Of a stretch of 64,000 nt of DNA, positions 1 through 9,460 are shown piece after piece. Position 1 is the stretch's first letter; every line of letters starts with the position of its first letter. The stretch is from an uncultured archaeon (lineage in GTDB: Archaea > Thermoproteota > Nitrososphaeria_A > Caldarchaeales > Calditenuaceae), in assembly GCA_938017985.1 (NCBI GenBank), contig CALIKS010000035.1, forward strand, positions 7,146 through 71,145, written 5' to 3'. A program made the translations under genes and the position numbers. The notes below the pieces were generated by a model. That model was not told the DNA's origin and did no database searches. It saw only the letters and a list, made by a program, of their open reading frames with translations.

Positions 1-264
1 CGCAACGATCTTCCATAGTCCAGGTCTTAGCTGCTCTGTCTTCACGTATTCCTGACCATTATTCTTAATGGATCTGGGAACCGTCTCAAGCGATGGAGGA
101 TTATCAATTATTATTTCTAGTAGCGACCCAGTCTCGATGGTTTTTAAGGCATTTGCAGAGAGGAGTTGCGGATATGGACAGGTATAACCCCTCAAGTCAA
201 GCTCGTATAGTTTTTCATCCCTCTTGCTAAGCAGTCCCTTCAGAGCTTCTAGCTCTCCTGACAC
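1..264 (-). CDS. TusA/SirA-like sulfur-carrier protein (3' end beyond window edge)
   Basis: Absent from the ORF track because it stays open to position 1. Minus-strand translation from GTG at 264 gives (M)SGELEALKGLLSKRDEKLYELDLRGYTCPYPQLLSANALKTIETGSLLEIIIDNPPSLETVPRSIKNNGQEYVK... It has the TusA-family Cys-Pro-x-Pro motif and lies divergent to a YeeE/YedE gene, its classical partner. Confidence 0.7.
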   Translation of the reverse strand, partial: MSGELEALKGLLSKRDEKLYELDLRGYTCPYPQLLSANALKTIETGSLLEIIIDNPPSLETVPRSIKNNGQEYVKTEQLRPGLWKIVA

Positions 265-412
265 CTCGGGGCAAGATATAGAGAATGGATAAATTTAAAA
301 ATTTTTAAATTACGCAAAAATGTCATCAAAGATTAAATATATAAACATCCGAATAATAAAAATGACGCGCAAGTAGTAATGGGGTGGTAAGGACCTAACT
401 AGACAAATATAC

Positions 413-1582
413 GTGTCTGCTTTTCTGATAGGCGTTGTCTCAGTTTTACTCAGCTACGGCATCTACATCTTCAGCGGTCAGGGAAGCATCTGGGGAATCA
501 CTACCGGAGAATCAAAGATAGGTGGATGGGTCTGGAGACAACTCGGAGCACAAATAGAGCAGTTAAAATACTTCCAGCAGTTCAAGCTAACACCACTACT
601 CGAAGACCCAACGCAACTAGTAGTAATCGCAATACTAATCGGAGGCCTTTCTGCCGCCCTCTTGAGCCGAAGCTACGCATTTAAGCACTTGCCTGGAAAA
701 TACATGCTCGTACAAGCAGTAATTGGTGGATTTCTTCTCGGATACGGTGCCAGGCTTGCCCTTGGATGCAACATTGGAAACTTCTTCTCAGCATGGGCTG
801 CAGGAGGAACACACGCAGTCATATTCACGGCCACGCTCTTGGCCGGCTCATTCATAGGCTTCAAGATAACAGAGAGAATATTCCTAAGAGGAGCCAAGCC
901 CTTCAAATTCAACTATGCACCAAGACAGAATACACAACTATTAACTGGAATCTTAGTATTGGCATTATCTTTGATATTCACCACCACTCTTAAACCAATC
1001 TCCGCTATCTGGTGGCTAGCTGGAATAGCATTCGGCGCACTGGGATGGATTTCAACAATCTGCTTTGCAACATGTTACAGAGACATAATCGCGCCTAAAT
1101 ATGCAAGCGGCATCATGGTCCGCGCCGTTGGAATCGCAATCTTAACCTACGGCTTCGGAATCTTCATACTACAGCTATTAGGAATTCCATTTAAGTTCGG
1201 AACGCCGCCGATTGGACAGCTTCAAGTAGCCCTAGGAGGAGTAATCTTCGGACTCGGAATAGGAATCTCAGGTACATGCATATTCAGCAGCGAGTGGAGA
1301 GCAGGCGGAGGCAGCATATACTCCATGATTGTCTTCGCATCAACAATTCTTCTGGGCATGCCTACGCTGGCATTTCACTATGACTGGTGGCTCACAATAC
1401 TTCCACAAGACCCCAGACCAATAACCCTCTACAGCTACGGACCAATATACGGATTTATCGCTCCACTAATTTTCTCACTCACACTGATTAGCTACGGCAT
1501 CTACGTCGACACATCCATGAGGAATACAATCTCCTCCATAATCACAAACAAGATACCCATAAGAATTCTCAGAAGAGGATAA
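413..1582 (+). CDS. yeeE: YeeE/YedE family sulfur-compound (thiosulfate) transporter
   Basis: 389-aa polytopic membrane protein. Two conserved Cys-containing half-helix motifs (LALGCNIGNFFSAWAAGG and GIGISGTCIFSSEW) are typical of the YeeE/YedE 'sulphur transport' family. GTG start. Paired with the TusA-like gene. Confidence 0.8.
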   Translation: MSAFLIGVVSVLLSYGIYIFSGQGSIWGITTGESKIGGWVWRQLGAQIEQLKYFQQFKLTPLLEDPTQLVVIAILIGGLSAALLSRSYAFKHLPGKYMLVQAVIGGFLLGYGARLALGCNIGNFFSAWAAGGTHAVIFTATLLAGSFIGFKITERIFLRGAKPFKFNYAPRQNTQLLTGILVLALSLIFTTTLKPISAIWWLAGIAFGALGWISTICFATCYRDIIAPKYASGIMVRAVGIAILTYGFGIFILQLLGIPFKFGTPPIGQLQVALGGVIFGLGIGISGTCIFSSEWRAGGGSIYSMIVFASTILLGMPTLAFHYDWWLTILPQDPRPITLYSYGPIYGFIAPLIFSLTLISYGIYVDTSMRNTISSIITNKIPIRILRRG

Positions 1583-1622
1583 AAACCAAATTCATACCAA
1601 TTTTTTATCAAGCCTAAAAAAG

Positions 1623-1772
1623 AAATAATTAATTATGTCAAAACAATTATAAAGATTCATAAACAATATATTATAGAGATGAACAATTCGCTCAACAATA
1701 CAAAAACAATAAAAATAAAACAAGAAGACAAAGTGTTAAGCAATTTTCATGATAAGCCTCCACCTGCTTAAC
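1623..1772 (-). repeat. Intergenic repeat copy A (hairpin plus promoter-like block), inverted relative to copy B at 47667-47843
   Basis: The reverse complement reads GTTAAGCAGGTG...ATGA...TTGCTTAACACTT (stem GTTAAGCA/TGCTTAAC, 1733-1772), then TTTATAATTGTTTTGACATAATTAATTATTT (1653-1623). Identical 12-, 13- and 14-mers are shared with copy B, and the second block matches 27/31. Confidence 0.8.
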
Positions 1773-1791
1773 AAAAAAATAAAGATAAAAC
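1773..1791 (-). terminator. Oligo-T tract directly after the BMP gene stop (putative archaeal terminator)
   Basis: The minus strand reads GTTTTATCTTTATTTTTTT immediately 3' of the stop codon at 1792-1794. Archaeal termination commonly uses T-runs. Confidence 0.4.
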
Positions 1792-3117
1792 CTACCTAGG
1801 AAGCGGAGTCTCAACATACTCTACGTGCCAATCCATCTCCCAAAGCATCTTCCGATCAGCACGCTGTCCAGGACCAATCCTCACATTCCCATCCTGATCC
1901 CTAATAGGCTCACCGAGATTACCCTCAGGCGAGAAAGGCTCAAACACCAACTCCTTCATCTCCTCATAACGCTGCTTAATCTCAAGCTGAGTCTCAGAAG
2001 GAATAGCCGGGTTCAGAGGCGCTAAATAAACAGTACCCTCAGGCTGACCAGCCCTACTCTCCTCGACAGGCATCCTCCACCTCCAGTCCATCATGTCGCC
2101 GATACGCGTCCAGATATCTACCGGCCTCCAACTGTTCGAGAGAATCATCCTGTAAAACTCAGCATAGATAGGAGCCCAATCAACAATCTGTCCAGTCAAA
2201 TGAGCATTAGGACCATACTCCCTCATATCGCTATAATGACTAAAACTCCAAACCCTCCTACCCTTCTTCGTCGTATACTCCTCAGCAACCTGCAAAACAG
2301 TCGGAGTATCCTCAGTATAGGCCAAAACATCAGCACCAGTCTCCTCAATCAAAGCAACAGCAGCATCCCTAGCCTTGGGCGGATCAACCCAAGAAAAGAT
2401 CCAGTTAACATACGCCTTAATATTCCTACCAGTCCTCCTACGATAAGAAACATTAGCACCAAGCACAAACGCATTAATATGCCTCACAACCTCAGGAATC
2501 GGAAAAGCACCAACATAACCAACAACACCACTCTGAGTAACAGCACCAGCAGCCAAACCATTCAGATAATAAAGCTGATAAAACTCAGCAAAAGCAGTAG
2601 AAAGATTCGGCGTCGTCCTGTCAGCACCAGGCGCAGCACCACTCCTATAACCAGAAATATGAACAAAATACTTATCAGGATTCTTCGCAGCAGCCTCAAC
2701 CATCGCATTCATAAAACCAAAACTACAAGCAACGATCAACTCAGCACCCTGAGCCAACAAAGTACTGATGGCGGCAGGAGCACCCTCATCCCTAACATTC
2801 TCGATGTAAGAACTCGACACTCCCGCAACCATCTTATCCGCACTCCGCCTACCATTGTCATGCGCATAAGACCAGCCATAATCCTTCGCAGGCCCAGGAT
2901 AGAAATAGCCAGCCTTAAGAGTCCTAGCCTTCTCGACAGTAACAGACGAGGTAACAACAGAAGTCGAAGTAACGGTAGGAACAGAAGAAACACCCGCATA
3001 ATAACCACCAACACCACCAATCAAACCAGCAGCGACTACGCCGCCTACCGCTGCACCCTTAGCGACGCCGAGAAACTCTCGTCTAGATACTTTCTTACTA
3101 ATCTGAGGTTTACTCAT
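1792..3117 (-). CDS. BMP/PnrA-family ABC substrate-binding protein (nucleoside/sugar type) with twin-arginine signal
   Basis: 441 aa. The N-terminus MSKPQISKKVSRREFLGVAKGAAVGGVVAAGLIGG is an SRRxFLG Tat motif plus h-region, followed by a Thr/Ser/Val linker and a BMP-like body. It lies divergent to the matching ATPase and two permeases. The coding strand is strongly G/T-ending in codon choice. Confidence 0.8.
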   Translation of the reverse strand: MSKPQISKKVSRREFLGVAKGAAVGGVVAAGLIGGVGGYYAGVSSVPTVTSTSVVTSSVTVEKARTLKAGYFYPGPAKDYGWSYAHDNGRRSADKMVAGVSSSYIENVRDEGAPAAISTLLAQGAELIVACSFGFMNAMVEAAAKNPDKYFVHISGYRSGAAPGADRTTPNLSTAFAEFYQLYYLNGLAAGAVTQSGVVGYVGAFPIPEVVRHINAFVLGANVSYRRRTGRNIKAYVNWIFSWVDPPKARDAAVALIEETGADVLAYTEDTPTVLQVAEEYTTKKGRRVWSFSHYSDMREYGPNAHLTGQIVDWAPIYAEFYRMILSNSWRPVDIWTRIGDMMDWRWRMPVEESRAGQPEGTVYLAPLNPAIPSETQLEIKQRYEEMKELVFEPFSPEGNLGEPIRDQDGNVRIGPGQRADRKMLWEMDWHVEYVETPLPR

Positions 3118-3237
3118 CTCGGCGATGAGTTGTCCAAGAACTTATTTATACTTAAGTTGCATCATCATGTAAAATTTCATGGACCAAAACCAAAAATAAA
3201 CGTAATATTGAAATACGGAGAAAGACAGGTCCAAGAC

Positions 3238-4776
3238 GTGGAAGATAACAAGAAAAAAGAAACACTCGTAGAGATGATAGGCATCGTCAAACGCTTCCCA
3301 GGAGTAATAGCAAACGACAACGTGGACTTCACACTTATGCCGGGAGAAGTACACGCATTACTCGGCGAGAACGGAGCAGGAAAGACCACACTCATGAACA
3401 TTTTGTATGGACTCTACCGTCCAGATGCAGGAATGATAAAAATCGAGGGAAAGACCGTGAGTATAAGCTCGCCGAGCAGGGCGATTAAACTAGGCATAGG
3501 CATGGTCCACCAGAACTTCAGACTAATTCCAACACATACGGTAGCCGAGAACGTCATACTTAACTCTCCAAACACTGGTTTCTTTATTAACTGGCAGAAA
3601 ATATACGATGAACTGAAGAAACAAATATCTAAGTATGGATGGAGAATAAATCCTGAAGCGAGAGTATGGCAGCTATCAGCAGGTGAAAAACAGCAAGTAG
3701 AAATCTTAAAGCTTCTCTACAGGGGGTCAAGGATACTTATCTTCGATGAACCTACGAGTGTCCTTACGCCTCAGGAGTCCAGAATGCTATTCACGACGAT
3801 GCGAAAGATGGCTGAGGAGGGGAAGGGCGTAGTTCTCATCACTCATAAGCTTGAGGAGGCACTAAGCGTCAGTGACAGAGTTACAGTGATGAGGAAAGGA
3901 AAAGTAGTCTTGGTTAAGTCAACGTCCATGACTACTCGAGAAGAATTAGCATTAGCCATGATTGGCAGACAAGAGATCACTCAGCTTCCAAGTCAAGGAA
4001 GCTCAAAGCCGAGCGTTCCTATTCTTTCTATAAGAAATCTTGTAGTTGAGGGTGATAAGGAAGAGATTGCGGTTAATGATGCGTCCTTTGATATTTACAA
4101 GGGAGAAATACTCGGAATAGCAGGAGTAAGTGGTAATGGACAAGTCGAACTTGCAGAAGCAATAGCACGGATAAGAAAGATTAAGTCAGGCAAAATTCTG
4201 CTTGAGGGGAGGGACGTATCCTCATACTCACCTCGACAGATGTATGAAAACGGCGTAGCCTACATTCCAGCAGAAGGGGCAAGGACAGGAGTTGTCTCTG
4301 ATTTAACAGTAATGGAAAACATGATTCTTAAGTGTTATCGATACCCACCTTATTCAGACAAACTTTTAATCAAGTGGAGGGAGGCAGCAAAGCTTGCGAA
4401 CATGCTAGTAGAGAAGTATCAGATAGTCGCTCCGAGCATCAATGCGAAGGTAAAGACGTTATCTGGTGGAAATGTACAGCGCTTAGTCCTAGCAAGGGAA
4501 CTTTTAGGAAATCCATTAACAAGTCCAAGGCTAATAATCGCTGTCTATCCGACAAGTGGGCTTGATATAGGCGCCGCCGAATATGTCAGGACTAACCTTA
4601 TAGAGATGCGAAATGAAGGGGCTGGAATACTGTTGATAAGTGAAGATCTCGATGAATTGCTAAGAATGAGTAATAGAATAGCGGTAATGTATGGTGGGAG
4701 AATAGTAGGAGTCTTCGAAGGCAGCCAAGCATCAAAGGAAGTGATAGGCATGCTAATGGCGAGGGGCGCAGGTTAA
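3238..4776 (+). CDS. ABC transporter ATP-binding protein, duplicated ATPase (BMP/simple-sugar type)
   Basis: Two Walker A sites (GENGAGKTT, GVSGNGQVE) and two signatures (LSAGEKQ, LSGGNVQ). The track ORF 2200-4776 is over-extended. The likely start is GTG 3238 (MEDNKKKETLVEMIGIVKRFPG) or ATG 3274. Confidence 0.85.
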   Translation: MEDNKKKETLVEMIGIVKRFPGVIANDNVDFTLMPGEVHALLGENGAGKTTLMNILYGLYRPDAGMIKIEGKTVSISSPSRAIKLGIGMVHQNFRLIPTHTVAENVILNSPNTGFFINWQKIYDELKKQISKYGWRINPEARVWQLSAGEKQQVEILKLLYRGSRILIFDEPTSVLTPQESRMLFTTMRKMAEEGKGVVLITHKLEEALSVSDRVTVMRKGKVVLVKSTSMTTREELALAMIGRQEITQLPSQGSSKPSVPILSIRNLVVEGDKEEIAVNDASFDIYKGEILGIAGVSGNGQVELAEAIARIRKIKSGKILLEGRDVSSYSPRQMYENGVAYIPAEGARTGVVSDLTVMENMILKCYRYPPYSDKLLIKWREAAKLANMLVEKYQIVAPSINAKVKTLSGGNVQRLVLARELLGNPLTSPRLIIAVYPTSGLDIGAAEYVRTNLIEMRNEGAGILLISEDLDELLRMSNRIAVMYGGRIVGVFEGSQASKEVIGMLMARGAG

Positions 4777-5889
4777 ATGTCAATTAAAATTAAGCTCTAT
4801 AAATATTACTTAGTTATTGAGAAACGCTATGAAGCTAGTATATTCTACAATGTATTAATAACTCTAATTGCCGTTGCAGCTTCATTCATTATAGCTGGGC
4901 TGATCTTCGAAATACTTGGATTCTCTTCTATTCAAATATACGGCATGATCGTAAATACTTTTACAAGTCTTGGACTCATGCATGAAACATTATTGAGAAG
5001 TACACCCCTTATTTTGGCAGCACTCGGATTGTCAATCGCTTTTAGAATGAATTTTTGGAATATCGGTGCTGAGGGACAACTATACATGGGGGCCTTTGCC
5101 ACCACTGGAGTAGTCCTACTCCATGTATATTATGGACTTATTCATCCTGAGTTTTTACTACTCGTAATGCTTATCGTTTCATTTATTGTAGGGTCTGCTT
5201 GGTGTCTCTTCCCAGCATTTCTCAAAACAAAATTGGGTGCAAATGAGATAATAACTACGCTTATGATGAATTATATTGCTATTCTTTTTGTTAATTATTT
5301 AATTTATGGACCTTGGCGAGACCCACAAGGCTATGGTTTTCCACTCTCAGTAAATTTCCCAGCTTATGCTAGACCTTCATTACCATTTATGAGTAGGGGG
5401 ATGCTTATGCTATTATGGTCGTTGATTACTGCGTCTCTTGTATTCTTCATGTTTAGGTATACTTTGCCGGGCTTCGAGATTAGGATTGTGGGAAGAAATC
5501 CAGAAGCTGCCAAGTATGCAGGATTAAACGTCTCTTCAACAATTATGTTAGGCTCCTTTCTAAGCGGTGGACTTTCGGGAATTGCCGGAATGATTACTGT
5601 TACAACGCTTATCGGTAGATTGACGCCTGACGTATCGCCTGGATATGGCTACATGGCAATTATCGTTGCTTACCTCGCTGGGCTAAATCCATTATTAATT
5701 ATTCCTGCCGGAATTCTTTTCGGCGGGTTATTAACTGCCGGCGACGCTATGCAGTATGCCTTGTCGATGCCCAAGACTGGAGCGCAGGTCCTTCAAGCAT
5801 TGATCTTTCTCTTTACTCTGCTTGGCGAATTCGTCAGGAGATACGGAATCTCTATTGTTAGGAGTGTGGATTCAAATGGTCGTAGCTGA
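4777..5889 (+). CDS. ABC transporter permease (BMP-system, YufP/NupP-like)
   Basis: 370-aa polytopic membrane protein. Its ATG abuts the ATPase stop (TAAATG), and it belongs to the branched-chain/sugar permease family. Confidence 0.8.
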   Translation: MSIKIKLYKYYLVIEKRYEASIFYNVLITLIAVAASFIIAGLIFEILGFSSIQIYGMIVNTFTSLGLMHETLLRSTPLILAALGLSIAFRMNFWNIGAEGQLYMGAFATTGVVLLHVYYGLIHPEFLLLVMLIVSFIVGSAWCLFPAFLKTKLGANEIITTLMMNYIAILFVNYLIYGPWRDPQGYGFPLSVNFPAYARPSLPFMSRGMLMLLWSLITASLVFFMFRYTLPGFEIRIVGRNPEAAKYAGLNVSSTIMLGSFLSGGLSGIAGMITVTTLIGRLTPDVSPGYGYMAIIVAYLAGLNPLLIIPAGILFGGLLTAGDAMQYALSMPKTGAQVLQALIFLFTLLGEFVRRYGISIVRSVDSNGRS

Positions 5890-6865
5890 GGCATCAACCA
5901 TAGAGGCAGCCATTACTGGCGCCGTCGCAGCTGGGACTATTTATCTACTGGCTGCGACGGGTGAGGTTCTTACTGAAAGGTCGGGAATTCTTAACCTTGG
6001 ACTTGAGGGCATAATGATGATGGGTGCTTCTGCATCATTCATCTTCACCTTATGTTTTAATCATTTAGCTGGTATTGTTGCATCCATGATCATAGGTGCG
6101 TTAATGGCCTTGCTTCTAGCCTTCTTTTCTGTCACTCTTAGGCTTAACCAAGTCGTTACGGGATTAGCATTAACAATGTTTGGTACGGGTTTAAGCGGAT
6201 TTATATGCGCACCTGAAGTAAGAAGTTCAATTGTCAGGACTATTAATCCAGCAGTACCTGAAGAGGTTGCTCTGTTGAATCAAGCCCCCCGGCTCCTAGA
6301 AGTTCCTATTCCAATTCTCAAAGACTTACCGATAGTTGGAAGAGCTTTCTTCACTCATAACCTAATTGTCTATGCTTCAATTATTTTCGCTGTCTCTATG
6401 TGGGTATTGCTCTTTAAGACTAAGTGGGGACTCAGCATACGGAGCGTTGGTGAGAATCCCGCTATGGCTGATGCCTTAGGCGTAAATGTATATAGAATTC
6501 GCTATCTATCAACAATGATTGGTGGAGCATTAGGCGGACTAGCCGGTGCATATATATTCCTCGGCTATCAGCCATTCTGGGTTGAGCAGATTACTCGTGG
6601 CAGAGGATTCATTGCCTTGGCGCTTGTAATCTTAGCTGCTTGGAGCCCATTAAGAGCCATATTGGTGGCATACCTATTCGGAGGGGTTGAGGCATTTCAA
6701 TACAGAGTCCCGCTACTTGGCCTAGGTGCCCAGACGCCACAATTTGTACTAATGCTTCCCTACGCGGTAACTATCCTAACACTCATTTTCTTATCATTCA
6801 GCAAGGTAAAGAGAAGAATAAGCGCACCAGCCGCCCTGGGTACGCCCTACACTAGAGAAGAATAA
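5876..6865 (+). CDS. ABC transporter permease (BMP-system, YufQ/NupQ-like)
   Basis: Second permease of the operon. I prefer the ATG at 5876 (MVVAEASTIEAAITG...), which overlaps the upstream stop by 14 nt, over the track start at 5822. Confidence 0.75.
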   Translation: MVVAEASTIEAAITGAVAAGTIYLLAATGEVLTERSGILNLGLEGIMMMGASASFIFTLCFNHLAGIVASMIIGALMALLLAFFSVTLRLNQVVTGLALTMFGTGLSGFICAPEVRSSIVRTINPAVPEEVALLNQAPRLLEVPIPILKDLPIVGRAFFTHNLIVYASIIFAVSMWVLLFKTKWGLSIRSVGENPAMADALGVNVYRIRYLSTMIGGALGGLAGAYIFLGYQPFWVEQITRGRGFIALALVILAAWSPLRAILVAYLFGGVEAFQYRVPLLGLGAQTPQFVLMLPYAVTILTLIFLSFSKVKRRISAPAALGTPYTREE

Positions 6866-6926
6866 ACTGACATTATTGGGGAAATTTATTAATTACTTAT
6901 TCACGCCTCATTTAGGGGAATAGCCT

Positions 6927-9353
6927 ATGTCTCAAGACAAAGAGCAAAAAATGATTATTTGGTTCGAAGAGCTGCAAAAAGAAGACATACCACTAGTCGG
7001 CGGAAAATGCGCAAATTTAGGCGAGATGATAAACGCAGGAATACCAGTACCGCCGGGCTTCGCCGTCACCGCCTACGCATACAAAAAATTTATAGAAGAG
7101 TCTGGAATCGCTGAAAAAATCTATGATATCTTGGACGAGACGATTAAGGATCCGAAAGACCCAAAGCAGTATGAGGAGGCTTCAAAGAAGATTAGATCGC
7201 TCATCGAATCAACGCCGATGCCTAAAAACATTGAAGATGAGATATTAAGGGCCTACAGAGAATTAAACAAAAGATTAGGATTAAAAGAAGTCTTCGTTGC
7301 GGTGAGATCTTCTGCAACTGCTGAGGACTTGCCTGGAGCATCATTCGCCGGCCAGCAGGATACTTATCTCAACATTAGGGGAGAGAAAGAACTCTTAGAC
7401 AGTGTCAGGAAATGTTGGTCGAGCCTATTCACTCCGAGAGCAATATTCTATAGGACAGAGAAAGGATTCAGACATGAGAGAGTATTGATAAGCGTCGCTA
7501 TACAGAAGATGGTTAACAGCAGGTCTGCGGGAGTAATGTTTACACTCCATCCCGTCACGGGTGACAGAAACAAAATAGTAGTAGAGTCTGTCTGGGGCCT
7601 GGGGGAAGCCATAGTCTCTGGAGCAGTGACGCCTGACCATTTCGAAGTTGATAAAACATCGTTAAAAATAATTGCTAAGAGCACAGCGAAAAAGACAGTC
7701 GAATACGTTAGAGATGCGAAGACTGGGAAGACCATTCATGTAGAGGTGCCGCCAGAGAGGCAAGAAGCGCCTAGTCTAACTGAAGAAGAGGTTATAGAAT
7801 TAGCAAGAATCGGAAAGAAAATCGAGGAGCATTATGGCGTCCCACAAGACATTGAGTTTGCAGTCGACAAAGAACTTACGTTCCCGAATAACATTTTCAT
7901 AGTTCAGTCGAGGCCTGAGACTGTCTGGAGCATGAAGGAAACCGTGTCTACTTCATCTTCATCAACCATAACTTCAGTCGCCGAGGCGAGAATTGTCCTT
8001 AAGGGTCTACCTGCGAGCCCAGGCATCTATTCTGGCAAGACTAGGATCGTCTTATCTCCTGAAGACGCGGCGAAGAAGATTCAGAAGGGAGATATCCTAG
8101 TTACTAAGATGACTAATCCTGATTGGGTTCCCTACATGCGTCTTGCCGGGGCAATTGTGACTGATGAGGGTGGAATGACCTGCCACGCAGCGATAGTTTC
8201 TAGGGAGCTAGGGATTCCATGCATCGTTGGATCAAAAGAAGCAACGAAACTACTAAGGGACGGCGAGACATACACAGTTGATGCTAGGTCAGGCGTCATA
8301 TATGAGGGGCTAATTGAGGAGCTTGTTAAGCCAGCTGAAAAAGCTGCACCTACGGCGGTTGCCGTAACACAGGCGCCAGTAATTACCGCGACCAAAATCT
8401 ATGTGAACATCAGTATACCTGACATTGCCGAGAAAGTCGCTAAGGAAACTCAGGCCGATGGTGTAGGTTTACTTAGAGCGGAGCACTTGATGCTTAGCGT
8501 CGGAAAACATCCGAGATTACTTATTGAGGAGGGCGGCGAGGAAAAGATGGTTCAAGCATTCGCTGAAGGCATTAGGATGGTTGCGCAGGCCTTTTATCCA
8601 AACCCAGTCGTGTATAGATTCTTGGACTTCAAGCCTGACGAATTCTTAGCCATGCCGGGAGGTGAGAAATACGAGAAGGAGGCGGGACACGTTGGGCCAA
8701 ACCCACTGATAGGCTACAGAGGAGCTTTCAGATACATCAAGGAGCCGGACATCTTTAGACTAGAGTGCAGGGCAATAAGAAAGGTTAGGGAAGAGTATGG
8801 ATTAAAGAATGTCTGGGTCATGGTGCCATTCGTAAGAAGAGTTGAAGAATTCATAGAAGCTAAAAAATTAATGGAAGAAGAAGGGCTAAGACAGGGCCCA
8901 GACTTCAAGGTCTGGATAATGGTCGAGGTGCCAAGCACAGTTCTACTTATCGATAAATTCATCGAGGCGGGAATAGATGGCGTCAGCTTTGGGACAAACG
9001 ACCTCACAATGCTGATACTTGGAATAGATAGAGATGATGCCGCAGTTCAAGAAATATATGACGAGAGAAACCTCGCAGTCAAGAGAGCTATAAGCCAAGT
9101 AATAAGAATGTGTAGAAGGCACGGCGTCACAACCAGCGTCTGTGGACAAGCACCATCAAACTATCCCGAGATCGTCGAGTTCCTGATAAGAGAAGGCGCG
9201 ACCAGCATATCAGTTAATCCAGACAAAGTAGTCGAGACAAGAAATCTAGTCGCATCACTCGAAAGAAAAATAATGCTGGATGAGCTCAGGTCCTTGAAAG
9301 AAAAGATAGACTCAATCAATCAAAGCAAACGAGAAAACACATTTGAGTGGTAG
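6927..9353 (+). CDS. ppsA: Phosphoenolpyruvate synthase (pyruvate, water dikinase)
   Basis: 808 aa with an ATP-grasp N-domain (FEELQKEDIPLVGGKCANLGEM), a phospho-His swivel domain (DEGGMTCHAAIVSRELGIPCIVG) and a PEP-utilising TIM-barrel C-domain. Confidence 0.92.
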   Translation: MSQDKEQKMIIWFEELQKEDIPLVGGKCANLGEMINAGIPVPPGFAVTAYAYKKFIEESGIAEKIYDILDETIKDPKDPKQYEEASKKIRSLIESTPMPKNIEDEILRAYRELNKRLGLKEVFVAVRSSATAEDLPGASFAGQQDTYLNIRGEKELLDSVRKCWSSLFTPRAIFYRTEKGFRHERVLISVAIQKMVNSRSAGVMFTLHPVTGDRNKIVVESVWGLGEAIVSGAVTPDHFEVDKTSLKIIAKSTAKKTVEYVRDAKTGKTIHVEVPPERQEAPSLTEEEVIELARIGKKIEEHYGVPQDIEFAVDKELTFPNNIFIVQSRPETVWSMKETVSTSSSSTITSVAEARIVLKGLPASPGIYSGKTRIVLSPEDAAKKIQKGDILVTKMTNPDWVPYMRLAGAIVTDEGGMTCHAAIVSRELGIPCIVGSKEATKLLRDGETYTVDARSGVIYEGLIEELVKPAEKAAPTAVAVTQAPVITATKIYVNISIPDIAEKVAKETQADGVGLLRAEHLMLSVGKHPRLLIEEGGEEKMVQAFAEGIRMVAQAFYPNPVVYRFLDFKPDEFLAMPGGEKYEKEAGHVGPNPLIGYRGAFRYIKEPDIFRLECRAIRKVREEYGLKNVWVMVPFVRRVEEFIEAKKLMEEEGLRQGPDFKVWIMVEVPSTVLLIDKFIEAGIDGVSFGTNDLTMLILGIDRDDAAVQEIYDERNLAVKRAISQVIRMCRRHGVTTSVCGQAPSNYPEIVEFLIREGATSISVNPDKVVETRNLVASLERKIMLDELRSLKEKIDSINQSKRENTFEW

Positions 9354-9460
9354 GAAGAAAGCTGAAAAATTTTTATAATGTTTTTCACATATTTTTTATC
9401 ATTATTGCATGTGTAGTTCTAAAAATTTATAGAGATTGAATGTCGTTATAAAGTAGGGAT

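Noticed and set aside
2200-4776. 858-aa ORF in the track, the largest in the window
   Set aside because: Its first ~340 codons are low-complexity (S/T/N/R/I/P-rich) and run antisense through the well-supported BMP binding-protein gene. They are open only because the + strand there is T-poor, so it has no stop codons. Real ATPase homology begins at ...ETLVEMIGIVKRFPG, so I truncated the gene to 3238-4776.
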